Shown: positions 8,757 to 17,799 of the stretch, piece by piece
Layout of the letters: each line of letters starts with the position of its first letter
Position numbering within the stretch: the first letter of the stretch is position 1
Assembly: GCA_031425935.1 (NCBI GenBank)
Contig: JANPKH010000331.1
Span: forward strand, 14,870-78,869
Reading direction: 5' to 3'
Source: Gammaproteobacteria bacterium
GTDB lineage: Bacteria; Pseudomonadota; Gammaproteobacteria; Pseudomonadales; Cellvibrionaceae
Length of the DNA stretch: 64,000 bases
The notes under the pieces: generated by a model
What the model was told of the DNA's origin: nothing
Databases searched by the model: none
The model's input: only the letters and a program-made list of their open reading frames with translations
Translations under genes and position numbers: made by a program

Positions 8757-9080
8757 TTAACCAAACCTAGGATCATAAGGGTGCATGCTTGCCGAAATAA
8801 TCTCTGCCTCATAGCCAGCGAATGCTTTGGGTTAAACAGATAATTAAAACTGTGAGGTACTAGTGTGCTGGGAACACGCAGTAAAACTGAACTAGTGCCT
8901 AGCAGCCATTCATCGCCAATTTCGCGGGTGGTTTCTTCATCACTCTGCCAGCCAGGTTTCAGGAATGCATCTTTAAGGCGGGAAACGCCTTTCCGTTGGT
9001 TGTATTCGACTTCCAGGAGTTGGTAATTATCGGGGATTTAATTAAGGCCCAAGTCAAGTGCACCAGCACTTCCAGCATGC
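8757..9080 (-). pseudogene. RES-domain (NAD+-phosphorylase/ART-like) toxin remnant
   Basis: Manual translation: MLEVLVH /frameshift/ DLGLN*IPDNYQLLEVEY...GWQSDEETTREIGDEWLLGTSSVLLRVPSTLVPHSFNYLFNPKH /frameshift/ EAEIISASMHPYDPRFG*. N-terminus missing. Confidence 0.85.
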
Positions 9081-9105
9081 CATTGTGCGCTACCACGTCA
9101 CAAAA

Positions 9106-9161
9106 GATGCATATAAACATCATAGTATTTGAATAATACAACAAAGATGTATATATTCATC
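9106..9161 (+). promoter_or_regulatory. hipBA-like promoter with two palindromic operators
   Basis: GATG-N8-CATC at 9106-9121 and 9146-9161; TTGAAT (9129)-N17-TATATT (9152). Confidence 0.75.
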
Positions 9162-9187
9162 ATATTGAGATTTGGATAACGTAGCTT

Positions 9188-9454
9188 ATGAAGACGCCCC
9201 TTGATCAACTCGGCCAACAGATAAAAACCCTACGTAAACAAAAGGGTTGGAGCCAGTTACAACTTGCCGAAATGGCGGGCCTGGATAGAACCACCCTGGG
9301 GCTGCTGGAACGTAACGACTATAGCGATATCGGTATTCGCAAGGTACAGCGCGTATTGGCCTTGCTGGGTAAAAAATTGGTAATCGCGAACGCAGGTTTA
9401 CCCACCCTGGATGAGCTAGTTGCAGCGCAAGCTGCGGAGGAACGAAATGGCTGA
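9188..9454 (+). CDS. hipB: HipB-like XRE HTH antitoxin
   Basis: LGQQIKTLRKQKGWSQLQLAEMAGLDRTTLGLLE; overlaps the start of the HipA-like gene. Confidence 0.85.
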   Translation: MKTPLDQLGQQIKTLRKQKGWSQLQLAEMAGLDRTTLGLLERNDYSDIGIRKVQRVLALLGKKLVIANAGLPTLDELVAAQAAEERNG

Positions 9455-10670
9455 GGTTGATGTTTATGTAAACCAGCAGTTGGCTGGCAGGCTTGCGCGT
9501 TCGCAATTACGCCACGCGTATAGTTACGGGCTGGAAGCAAAGGAAGCCCTGTGTTTGAGCATGCCGCTGCGTACCGAAAGTTACCCCTATGAAAAGGGCC
9601 TGCACCCCATATTTCAAATGAATTTACCTGAAGGTTATTTGCGGCTAGCCATTGAACGCGCAACTGCAAAACATTTTGGCAGCGATGATTTAACTTTACT
9701 GACATTGTTAGGAAATCATCAGATCGGCCGCTTGCGTTACGCACTTGCAGATAACCCTTTACTCAATGAAAACCAAACCACTCCTGCGTTAAGTGAAATA
9801 TTAAGTAGCGATGATGCGCAATTGTTTACGCAATTATTAGCTCGCTATGCCTTGAGTTCTGGTGTGGCGGGTGTGCAACCCAAAGTGTTAATGGATATTG
9901 TTGATAAAGACACTGGGCTACCCTCTTTTGATAAAGCGAGCTTGCCGCTCAAAAAATATATCGTGAAAAGCTGGGGGCCCGAATTTCCTGAATTAGCTTG
10001 CAACGAATTTTTATGTTTAAGCCTTGCGCGCAATGCCGGCTTAAACACGCAACATTTTTATCTCAGCGACAATGGAAAACTTTTAGTCTGCGAGCGCTTT
10101 GATGTGGATACAGATGGCACTCCCTTAGGCTTTGAGGACCTTTGTGTTTTGCAAGGTAAAACATCTCAGGAAAAGTACGATGCCAGTTTAGAATCTTGCA
10201 TGGTAAGTTTATTTAATATTGTTTCGTCGGAATATCAACAACAAACTGCATACGATTTTTTTAAATTGGCTTTAATCAATGTGCAAATCCGAAATGGTGA
10301 TGCACACTTAAAAAACCTTGGCATTTTATACAAAAATCTTTTTAATTATCGTGAAGGTGAATATCCAAATTCACAACGCACACTGGCGCCTGTGTATGAC
10401 ATTGTGAGCACTACACCTTACATTCCACAAGATTCCATGGCACTTACCTTAACCGGTAGCAAGCGCTGGCCAAAATGGAAAGTGTTGGAAAATTTTGGGA
10501 AAAGACATTGCAATTTATCCACCAAAGCTATCGAACAAGCTGTTGCAGAAATAGAAGCTGCGTGCACAACGACGCAGTCATTATTAGAAAAGCTTATTGC
10601 CGAACATCCTGGTTTTGAAATTATTGGTGAGCATATATATCAACATTTAGTACGAAAAATTACGGAATAA
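9447..10670 (+). CDS. hipA: HipA-family serine/threonine kinase toxin
   Basis: GVAGVQPK loop, NEFLC, ERFD, NGDAHLKN and LAPVYD motifs; ATG at 9447 follows GGAGG. Confidence 0.92.
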   Translation: MAEVDVYVNQQLAGRLARSQLRHAYSYGLEAKEALCLSMPLRTESYPYEKGLHPIFQMNLPEGYLRLAIERATAKHFGSDDLTLLTLLGNHQIGRLRYALADNPLLNENQTTPALSEILSSDDAQLFTQLLARYALSSGVAGVQPKVLMDIVDKDTGLPSFDKASLPLKKYIVKSWGPEFPELACNEFLCLSLARNAGLNTQHFYLSDNGKLLVCERFDVDTDGTPLGFEDLCVLQGKTSQEKYDASLESCMVSLFNIVSSEYQQQTAYDFFKLALINVQIRNGDAHLKNLGILYKNLFNYREGEYPNSQRTLAPVYDIVSTTPYIPQDSMALTLTGSKRWPKWKVLENFGKRHCNLSTKAIEQAVAEIEAACTTTQSLLEKLIAEHPGFEIIGEHIYQHLVRKITE

Positions 10671-10722
10671 TCACAAGCTATTTTCACAGAGTGCAGCATT
10701 GAAAATATGGACTATATGTAGG

Positions 10723-11124
10723 TCAAGGTTTTTGTGATGCACTATCGCTAGCTTTAATTGTTGGCTGTAACAACACCAGCAATAACGCAAGTATTGGAAT
10801 ATTTTTAGTGAGTGGCCCGAACGGATGTAACCAAAATGAAGCGTCGATAATCGTTAATAAAATCGTATAGCTTATGATGAGGATAATTTGAACTCTGTAA
10901 CACCACCGCATTTTAAAATTGCTTAGCAGCCAAATTCCAATGACTGCATCTAATAAGCTGCCGGCATTGATACACACATCCGCCAGCGCACCCTCAATAC
11001 TTTGCTGCGATAATACTTCATACCCCACTGCCCGGCCCCACCAAAAAGAGGTTACGGCAGTCCACAACCACAAAAAGCTCAGGCTGAGCCGACAAATATA
11101 GTGAATGTTCGGATGCATATTCAT
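10723..11124 (-). CDS. DoxX-like family membrane protein
   Basis: LWLWTAVTS...LDAVIGIWLL...FWLHPFGPLTKNIPIL; start reassigned to the ATG just after the DUF2269 stop. Confidence 0.8.
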   Translation of the reverse strand: MNMHPNIHYICRLSLSFLWLWTAVTSFWWGRAVGYEVLSQQSIEGALADVCINAGSLLDAVIGIWLLSNFKMRWCYRVQIILIISYTILLTIIDASFWLHPFGPLTKNIPILALLLVLLQPTIKASDSASQKP

Positions 11125-11125
11125 A

Positions 11126-11599
11126 TTAAACAACGGATAAAGGTTTAAATACCATGAGCCACAACATGAATAAAATTCCTGTAAAAGCAGGCACACCCAA
11201 TGCAACCCAATACTTCATTGCGCGATAAAATGCATCATTGAGTAAGCCGGCTTTTTCTGCATCTATGGCCAAATTTTTTAATTGATACTGAATAAAAACC
11301 ACTGGCACCCAGCAACATCCAATAAATAAAAATAAACTGATGACTGCCATAAACCAGGGCGCAGTAAAGCTGTAATGCAAATGTTGCATTAGTAGAATGC
11401 CTGTTATTAATTGCCCGATGACAGCAGGTGTTGTGAAAATCCAATCTGCTAATATCACTGCACGCGCAGTGCTTGAAATGACTACAATATTTTTGGTGCG
11501 ACTTGCCATCAACATAAAAAAAGCGATGCCTGCTCCAGTGCCAACAAGCACTACGGCGCAAAGAATATGGATATATTTGAGTAATAAATAATTATCCAT
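11126..11599 (-). CDS. DUF2269-family membrane protein
   Basis: YLLLKYIHIL..VLVGTGAGIAFFM...ADWIFTTPAV...WVALGVPAF...LMVFKP; GGAG RBS before ATG 11599. Confidence 0.85.
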   Translation of the reverse strand: MDNYLLLKYIHILCAVVLVGTGAGIAFFMLMASRTKNIVVISSTARAVILADWIFTTPAVIGQLITGILLMQHLHYSFTAPWFMAVISLFLFIGCCWVPVVFIQYQLKNLAIDAEKAGLLNDAFYRAMKYWVALGVPAFTGILFMLWLMVFKPLSVV

Positions 11600-11631
11600 T
11601 CGTAGCTTCTCCATTATGTAAAATTTGCAAG

Positions 11632-12792
11632 CTATAAATTTTCAATGCCACTTATGACTTCAACACCGTTTAAAAAAGTTTGATGATAAATGCCCCAGGT
11701 TTTCGCCTGAGCATCAAAATCTGCCAATGAATACAAACCCAAGCAGGGCGTTGCACCAGCAATAAAATTTTTATCTGCTATTAAGTGTTGTGCAAGAATA
11801 ATTGCCGATAATGTTGGAATATAAGGGCCTACACCCGCAGTTGCGGTTAAACGCCAAACAATTTCTGTTGGTTGTTGTGTCTTATCAACACCTTTTATTG
11901 TTATCAACATGCCGCCGATATCAGTGCCAAAATTAATCACTAAATTGCTGGCTTTCACTATGGGTTTGACTAGAGGTGCCCAATTTTTTACTACACCTGT
12001 TTTCGCCAGCCACGCCATACCAACCATACACCAATGCAGCCATGGCAATTCTAAACCCGCTTGAAAGTTTACAGTTTTTACTGGGGTATATCGTGCTGGG
12101 AATAATGCTAAATCTGGCACATCTACATTAGCCAACCAACGTTCACCGATGGTTTTACCAAAATTTATTTTTCGCGGTGACATCCAGCCGAATTTTTTAA
12201 CCCATTTGTTATTTTCAAATACATCAATTGCATGGCCAGTATAGGAGAGAATGGCTTTCACGGTTGCTTCGCCGCGTTCAGCGCGATTACCGGGAGCGAT
12301 TGCGATGTCGATTGAATCAATGCGTGAAAATTGTTTCGCAAAATGATCAATCACAGTTGATGACAAACCCGGTACTGAACTCGCGCCACTAACGACCCAT
12401 ATATTTTTTGCTTTCGATTGCTCATTCAGGTCAGAAATATTGCAAACAAAGCGACGATCATCGGCCAAATCAATGTAATGGCTGCCAGCATCAATACACG
12501 CTTGCGGTACATGATAACACTGCTCTTGAAACGGGCCGCTGGTGTGAATCACCAAAAAAGGTTTTATGAAATTTAATTGCTGTGAAAAATTCTGGTTGGA
12601 AATATCCAACGCTAGAGGTTTTACTTCGGCTACGCAATTTCCAGCACGTAACTTTTCGCAAAGTTCCTCAGCTTTGCCAAGGTTACGGCCAGCAATTATT
12701 AAACAAATTTCAGATTGCTTCGCGATAGTTTCACAAATACGTTTGCCGAAATTTCCGTAGCCGCCAAGTACCAGAATAATTTTATTTTCCAT
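11632..12792 (-). CDS. Saccharopine dehydrogenase-like NAD(P)-binding oxidoreductase
   Basis: ILVLGGYGNFG Rossmann motif, IHTSGPF, HYIDLAD, GASSVPGLS. Confidence 0.85.
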   Translation of the reverse strand: MENKIILVLGGYGNFGKRICETIAKQSEICLIIAGRNLGKAEELCEKLRAGNCVAEVKPLALDISNQNFSQQLNFIKPFLVIHTSGPFQEQCYHVPQACIDAGSHYIDLADDRRFVCNISDLNEQSKAKNIWVVSGASSVPGLSSTVIDHFAKQFSRIDSIDIAIAPGNRAERGEATVKAILSYTGHAIDVFENNKWVKKFGWMSPRKINFGKTIGERWLANVDVPDLALFPARYTPVKTVNFQAGLELPWLHWCMVGMAWLAKTGVVKNWAPLVKPIVKASNLVINFGTDIGGMLITIKGVDKTQQPTEIVWRLTATAGVGPYIPTLSAIILAQHLIADKNFIAGATPCLGLYSLADFDAQAKTWGIYHQTFLNGVEVISGIENL

Positions 12793-13201
12793 GGTCACCA
12801 CTTAATTTTTACATTGCAAACTCTTTATATTGGAACGCCCACCAAGTCCATAGCTCAACCCATCCTGAGCTGCTAGCAACAATGTGTTTGGCGCCAACGA
12901 AAACCAATGAAGGACAACAGGCTACCCTTAAGCGACACAAGATGACAACCGAACTGTTTGACGAATTTAATAAGCTTTTTTATTTACATGACGTCCAAGC
13001 AAACAATAGCCGACATTAGCAAAAGAGGATCTGACTTCATTTTATGCGGACTCTGCGTAACGAAGCTGGCGAATGCTAGGCATTGTCATCATAGGTAAAG
13101 TAGAATCGCCATTCCTTTGGCCATTCTGGATTGTAAATGCCAACCCGCCCGCCCGCTATTATGCTTTGTATTTCAACATTTCCTGAGTTGGGGTACTAAT
13201 C

Positions 13202-14758
13202 ATGGAATGGCTTTTAGATCCCACTGCCTGGCTTGGTTTATTAACCCTCGTTGTGCTTGAAATTGTACTGGGCATCGATAACTTAATTTTTATTGCGGTC
13301 CTCGCCAATAAATTACCTAAACACCAACGCGACCGTGCGCGAATGATAGGCTTGGGCCTAGCCCTGGTGTTGCGCCTTGGTTTACTCGCTGGCATTTCCT
13401 GGCTCGTCACGCTAACGGCACCCCTTTTTACAGTTTTCGAACATACGCTTTCGGGGCGCGATTTAATCTTACTCTTTGGAGGGTTTTTTTTAATATTTAA
13501 AGGCACTGTTGAGCTCCATGAGCGGCTAGAAGGTAAAGTAATCTCCACGCGAGGCCCACGTATCCATGCAGCTTTTTGGGCGGTCATTGCGCAAATTGTC
13601 ATACTAGACGCAGTTTTTTCTCTTGATGCCGTTATTACTGCTGTCGGTATGGTCTCGCAAGTATCGGTAATGATGACGGCAGTGATCATCGCTATGTGTT
13701 TGATGATTGTAGCCAGTAAAGCGCTGACCGAATTCGTTAACAAGCACCCAACCGTTGTAATGCTTTGCCTCGGGTTTTTGTTGATGATTGGTTTTAGCTT
13801 AGTTGCAGAAGGTGCGGGCGTACATATCCCTAAGGGCTATCTCTACGGTGCCATCGCTTTCTCAGTATTAATTGAGTTTTTCAATCAGCTTGCGCATTCA
13901 AATCGCACGCGCAATATTATTGGTGAACGGCCATTGCGTGATCGCACGGCCGAAGCCGTACTTAAGCTTCTGGGTGGCAGTTCTGATGCAGATGAAGAGG
14001 GTAACGACATAGTCGCTATGGCCAACCCTCAGGGTGAAGAGTTGGTGTTTGAAAACAGCGAGCGGCAAATGATTCGCAGCGTCTTACAACTTACCGATCG
14101 CTCCGTACAATCACTAATGACTCCGCGCCCCGACATCGTCTGGGTAGATGTCAATGCAACCCCTCAAGATTTACTCAATATATTAAAAACCACTCCGCAA
14201 ACACGTTTGTTAGTCGCTCGAGATGAGTTGGACAACTTACTGGGCGTAGTCCAAAGTCGTGATTTACTCACTGCCGCACTTAGCAACGAACCCTTGAATC
14301 TCGGCAAACTTGCTGTAGAACCTTTGGCCGTACCTGAAGGTACGAGCGCGTTAAATGTATTGGAAATGCTACGCCAGCAAGCGGTTCCACTCGCCATTGT
14401 CATTGATGAGTACGGCAGCATTATCGGTATAGTCACCGCCAGCGATTTACTCTCTGCGATCACAGGCGAACTTGCTGACAGTAAGGAAGCCCCCTTGGTG
14501 ATTGAACAGGAAAATGGTTGGCTACTTGATGCCAGCATCGCACTTGAGCAGCTGGAAGAATTACTTGGGATAAAATTGGAACGCGAAGAGGGTGATTATT
14601 TTACTCTGGCAGGATTACTGCTCGAACAACTGCAACACATACCTGTCAACGGTGAATCTTTAATTATTTCCGGCTTTAACTTTGAAATTAAATTGATGGA
14701 AGGCCGAAGAATTCAGCAGGTGCTAGTAACAGCATTGGCTAAAACAGATTCGGAATAA
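13202..14758 (+). CDS. TerC-family membrane protein with CBS pair and CorC/HlyC domain (YegH/YoaE type)
   Basis: [10 protein letters not shown] and [14 protein letters not shown] TerC motifs; MTPRPDIVW and IDEYG CBS region; YFTLAG C-terminal domain. Confidence 0.92.
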   Translation: MEWLLDPTAWLGLLTLVVLEIVLGIDNLIFIAVLANKLPKHQRDRARMIGLGLALVLRLGLLAGISWLVTLTAPLFTVFEHTLSGRDLILLFGGFFLIFKGTVELHERLEGKVISTRGPRIHAAFWAVIAQIVILDAVFSLDAVITAVGMVSQVSVMMTAVIIAMCLMIVASKALTEFVNKHPTVVMLCLGFLLMIGFSLVAEGAGVHIPKGYLYGAIAFSVLIEFFNQLAHSNRTRNIIGERPLRDRTAEAVLKLLGGSSDADEEGNDIVAMANPQGEELVFENSERQMIRSVLQLTDRSVQSLMTPRPDIVWVDVNATPQDLLNILKTTPQTRLLVARDELDNLLGVVQSRDLLTAALSNEPLNLGKLAVEPLAVPEGTSALNVLEMLRQQAVPLAIVIDEYGSIIGIVTASDLLSAITGELADSKEAPLVIEQENGWLLDASIALEQLEELLGIKLEREEGDYFTLAGLLLEQLQHIPVNGESLIISGFNFEIKLMEGRRIQQVLVTALAKTDSE

Positions 14759-14786
14759 AATATAAAAAGTAAAAAAGCTTTTCAAA

Positions 14787-14813
14787 AAAACGCCACTTGG
14801 TAAGTGGCGTTTT
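14787..14813. terminator. Bidirectional Rho-independent terminator
   Basis: AAAACGCCACTT-GGT-AAGTGGCGTTTT between convergent genes. Confidence 0.85.
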
Positions 14814-14847
14814 GCTTTCCAGATTATGTTATGACCTGGGCTTTTTA

Positions 14848-15666
14848 TTACAAGGTTGGACCATATGCTTCATCTAAAAGATGTTTGAGCGGCATACGCT
14901 GACTGATCATTTCAGAACCATTTCTGTCTTTAAATTTAACGCTGACAACTAAATCTGTATCCGTTGTTCCTTCAACAATAAGATCAATAACCTCAACACT
15001 ATCAAAATCCCATGGGGCTATGGGAGCTCCTAAATAAAGTGTTTTTACACCTCTACCATACCACAGTGCATCAACAACAAAACCGTCTGGAAAGCCAACG
15101 CCGGATTCTCTTACGCCCAAACGATCTTTAAGAGATAAAATGACTTTTTTGTTAGCGACTACAACCGATGCGGTGTCGACAACGCGTGTTGGTGTAATAT
15201 CACGCATAATACCAAATGCATCAAATAGTAATGCACTGCGATTAGGAATTTCTAGCTGGGGATTGATAAAAGCGGTTCTCTCGGAAACAAAAACATGAAT
15301 CATGGCGTGCTTATTTGGTTCAAATTGCACTGGGTCTAATTCAACAATAATCTCTTTATAAACCCAGGCACCATTGACGATTGCACGATATCTATTGCCC
15401 TCTATAAGTTTAAAATTAGTAGCCATTAATTTAGCTGCATTAGGAAACGTAATTTCTAACGAAGTTAATTGCGCTTCAAATAAGGGAGCAACTTTAGTAA
15501 TGGTTAAAATAGCTGATTTCGCACCCAAAAAATCAAGCCCTGGATATTGTATGGTGCCGCTATGTGAATTAAGTTGAACTAAATCGTATTTAATTGTTTT
15601 TGCTTGAACAGAAACAAAAAGTGACATGGCTAAAAAAAGTGTGATCGAACGAATAAGAAATTTCAT
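14848..15666 (-). CDS. Secreted hypothetical protein (Sec signal peptide, beta-rich)
   Basis: MKFLIRSITLFLAMSLFVSVQA-K signal; AGGA RBS-like sequence; no family recognised. Confidence 0.75.
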   Translation of the reverse strand: MKFLIRSITLFLAMSLFVSVQAKTIKYDLVQLNSHSGTIQYPGLDFLGAKSAILTITKVAPLFEAQLTSLEITFPNAAKLMATNFKLIEGNRYRAIVNGAWVYKEIIVELDPVQFEPNKHAMIHVFVSERTAFINPQLEIPNRSALLFDAFGIMRDITPTRVVDTASVVVANKKVILSLKDRLGVRESGVGFPDGFVVDALWYGRGVKTLYLGAPIAPWDFDSVEVIDLIVEGTTDTDLVVSVKFKDRNGSEMISQRMPLKHLLDEAYGPTL

Positions 15667-15741
15667 ACCTGATTTCCTTGTTAAATGCTAAAGACTAGCT
15701 CAATCTTTTGATTGAGGCAGGTACGTTAACAGATTGGTTTG

Positions 15742-17694
15742 TTAATATCCAACTTCAGCCTTAGGATTTTTATTCACCTGCGCTACTTTTCTTAGTTCTG
15801 CTTTATCATTCGCATAGGCATCTAAAAATTTAAAAATAATATTACGCGCTAGTTTGGTTTCGGAGTTTGTGAGCAATACCATACCAATTTGTAACTCTTG
15901 ATTAAATACAACTTCTGAGCGAAATCCTTTTACCCAACCGCCATGATGAACAAAATTTTTGTCGCCACGATAATCAAAGATTCGCCAACCCAACCCATAA
16001 TGCGTGTCCGTTGCGCCTATGTTCGCACCGTAATGAGATTGTGCAGCTGTATTGCGAGTTACTTTTTTATGCAATTGGTTTAGCAAATCTGAAGACAATA
16101 CATCTGGATTATGGCCCATTTGCGCCAGCACCCAGCGCGACATATCTGTAATGCTTGCATTGGCGCCGGCTGCGGGATAAATGTGATAATAATTTTCATC
16201 AATGCTTGTCGTCATCCATCGGCTGCGATTCATAATGTGCGGCTGCGCGAAATTATTGGTGGCTTGCAGGCCCGCCAAACCAAAAGAAGCAGAACTCATT
16301 CCCAAGGGTTTAAATATTTTTTCATTAACATATTTTTCAAAAACTGTCCCAGTTTTTTTCAACGTAATATTGCTGATTAAACTGAAGGTTACATTTTGGT
16401 ATGCGTAGCATTTGCCAGGTGGACAAACAAAATTAACGTGACGCAAACGGTTTACAGCATCTGCATAAGGGATGTTGTCCTCTATAAGATGTGTGTAGGT
16501 ATGGGTAGGCAAACCAGTTGCTTGTGACATGATATCGCGTACGGTTATTTTATCCCCGTATCTTGGATTACTAAACCTTACTTCTGGTATCAATGAATTA
16601 ATTGTTGTGTCCCAATTAATTTTTCCATCGCGAACTAAAACTGCTGCTGCGGTTGATGCAATTGTTTTGGAAACAGAAGCCAAACGAAACACCGTGTTAG
16701 CATTCACCAAATCATGTCCACCTATTCTTTTTTTGCCATAACCTTGCAGCACTTTTACTTTACCATCAGCAATAATTGCCAATGCTAACCCAGGTACATT
16801 GGGGGCTATTTTTGTGGCGACAAAATTTTCAAATTCATTAACAAAGTTTTCTCGCGGGCCCGTTGTTAATGCTGATGAACTGTTTTTTTCCGTGGATTTT
16901 TCAGGCCATGCCGGCAAAACATTCTGTTCAATTTTTTGTGGATCTTTTTTTATCAATAACACATTTTGTTCTGCGTTATTATCTGTAGGTTCGGCGCTGT
17001 AATCAGGCTCAACATCTCTAGAATTGCTTGGCTCATCGAATCTTTTAGAAGAGTCACGCTTGTCAGAAGATTGCAACAATTTATCGTTTGTTGGAAAAGC
17101 TTCAACGGTCAACTCTAAAGCATCTGACCCGGGCGTTAAGTATTTTTCCGGTTCTACTTCTGAGACCAAGATTGTTGCGGGTATTGGATCAGGTATTTGT
17201 TCCTGTTTACTTTTTGATTTTTTATAAGCAGTTTTTCTTTCTCTTTTGGGTTTGCGCAATTTCTTATTTTTTACAACTTCCTGTTCTTCAGCAATGATTG
17301 GCAATATTTCGGTAACAGCTGGATTTTCTAATTCAGCTTGTGAGCTGTGTTGAACGTTTTGTTGCATTTCGCTATTGATTGAAGGAGAAGAGGTACTACT
17401 GTTTGCTAATGTTATATTTGTCAATTCAGCACTGGGTAAAGTTGTCGATGCAGAGCTTTGCAAACCGGCCTTAGCAGCTGGTCGAGCCAGAGTAGGTTCT
17501 TCAGTAAAAGTTATCGCGAAAACAGGTTGTACAATAAAAGCTTGTGAAAGTGCGGATAATAGAATTAATAACACATAGCGGTGAGATAAAACCAATAAGA
17601 GACGTTGTGGCGCCAGCCGGAAAATTTTCTTGCGATTGTTCCTCGGGTTGTTAGTGTTCGTATTTTTTTTTACTACTGTCATTGTTGTCATCAA
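15742..17694 (-). CDS. Serine hydrolase, beta-lactamase class C / AmpH-like, with long disordered N-terminal extension
   Basis: FRLASVSK (SxxK), YAYQN (YxN) and HHGGWVKGF; start codon uncertain. Confidence 0.85.
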   Translation of the reverse strand: MMTTMTVVKKNTNTNNPRNNRKKIFRLAPQRLLLVLSHRYVLLILLSALSQAFIVQPVFAITFTEEPTLARPAAKAGLQSSASTTLPSAELTNITLANSSTSSPSINSEMQQNVQHSSQAELENPAVTEILPIIAEEQEVVKNKKLRKPKRERKTAYKKSKSKQEQIPDPIPATILVSEVEPEKYLTPGSDALELTVEAFPTNDKLLQSSDKRDSSKRFDEPSNSRDVEPDYSAEPTDNNAEQNVLLIKKDPQKIEQNVLPAWPEKSTEKNSSSALTTGPRENFVNEFENFVATKIAPNVPGLALAIIADGKVKVLQGYGKKRIGGHDLVNANTVFRLASVSKTIASTAAAVLVRDGKINWDTTINSLIPEVRFSNPRYGDKITVRDIMSQATGLPTHTYTHLIEDNIPYADAVNRLRHVNFVCPPGKCYAYQNVTFSLISNITLKKTGTVFEKYVNEKIFKPLGMSSASFGLAGLQATNNFAQPHIMNRSRWMTTSIDENYYHIYPAAGANASITDMSRWVLAQMGHNPDVLSSDLLNQLHKKVTRNTAAQSHYGANIGATDTHYGLGWRIFDYRGDKNFVHHGGWVKGFRSEVVFNQELQIGMVLLTNSETKLARNIIFKFLDAYANDKAELRKVAQVNKNPKAEVGY

Positions 17695-17735
17695 GGCTTA
17701 CACAATCGTATTATAAAAAGCTCTGCGTAACGTGA

Positions 17736-17786
17736 AAATTTGCCCCGTATTAACACTCGCACTGCGCAAGTACTGCGACGGGGCAA
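17736..17786 (-). terminator. Hairpin after the di-haem cytochrome gene
   Basis: TTGCCCCGT...ACGGGGCAA outer stem with an inner TCGCA/TGCGA stem and a short T tail on the minus strand. Confidence 0.5.
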
Positions 17787-17799
17787 TCAATATTAACGT

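Noticed and set aside
8959-9144. ORF-track 61-aa ORF
   Set aside because: Chimeric reading: only MLEVLVH is real (RES remnant); the rest crosses the hipBA promoter or is out of frame.
3415-10722. Prophage, ICE or IS call for the accessory patch
   Set aside because: No integrase, transposase, terminal inverted repeats, att direct repeats or phage structural genes seen.
12802-13201. Possible yybP-ykoY Mn riboswitch or gene remnant before the TerC gene
   Set aside because: No GGGGAGUAG-like core seen, this TerC is the CBS-containing type rather than Alx, and the minus-strand frames I translated gave nothing recognisable.
13159-13743. 194-aa antisense ORF, and similar antisense ORFs over gyrB, atpA, the permeases and others
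   Set aside because: Shadows of well-supported genes on the opposite strand, with no motifs of their own.
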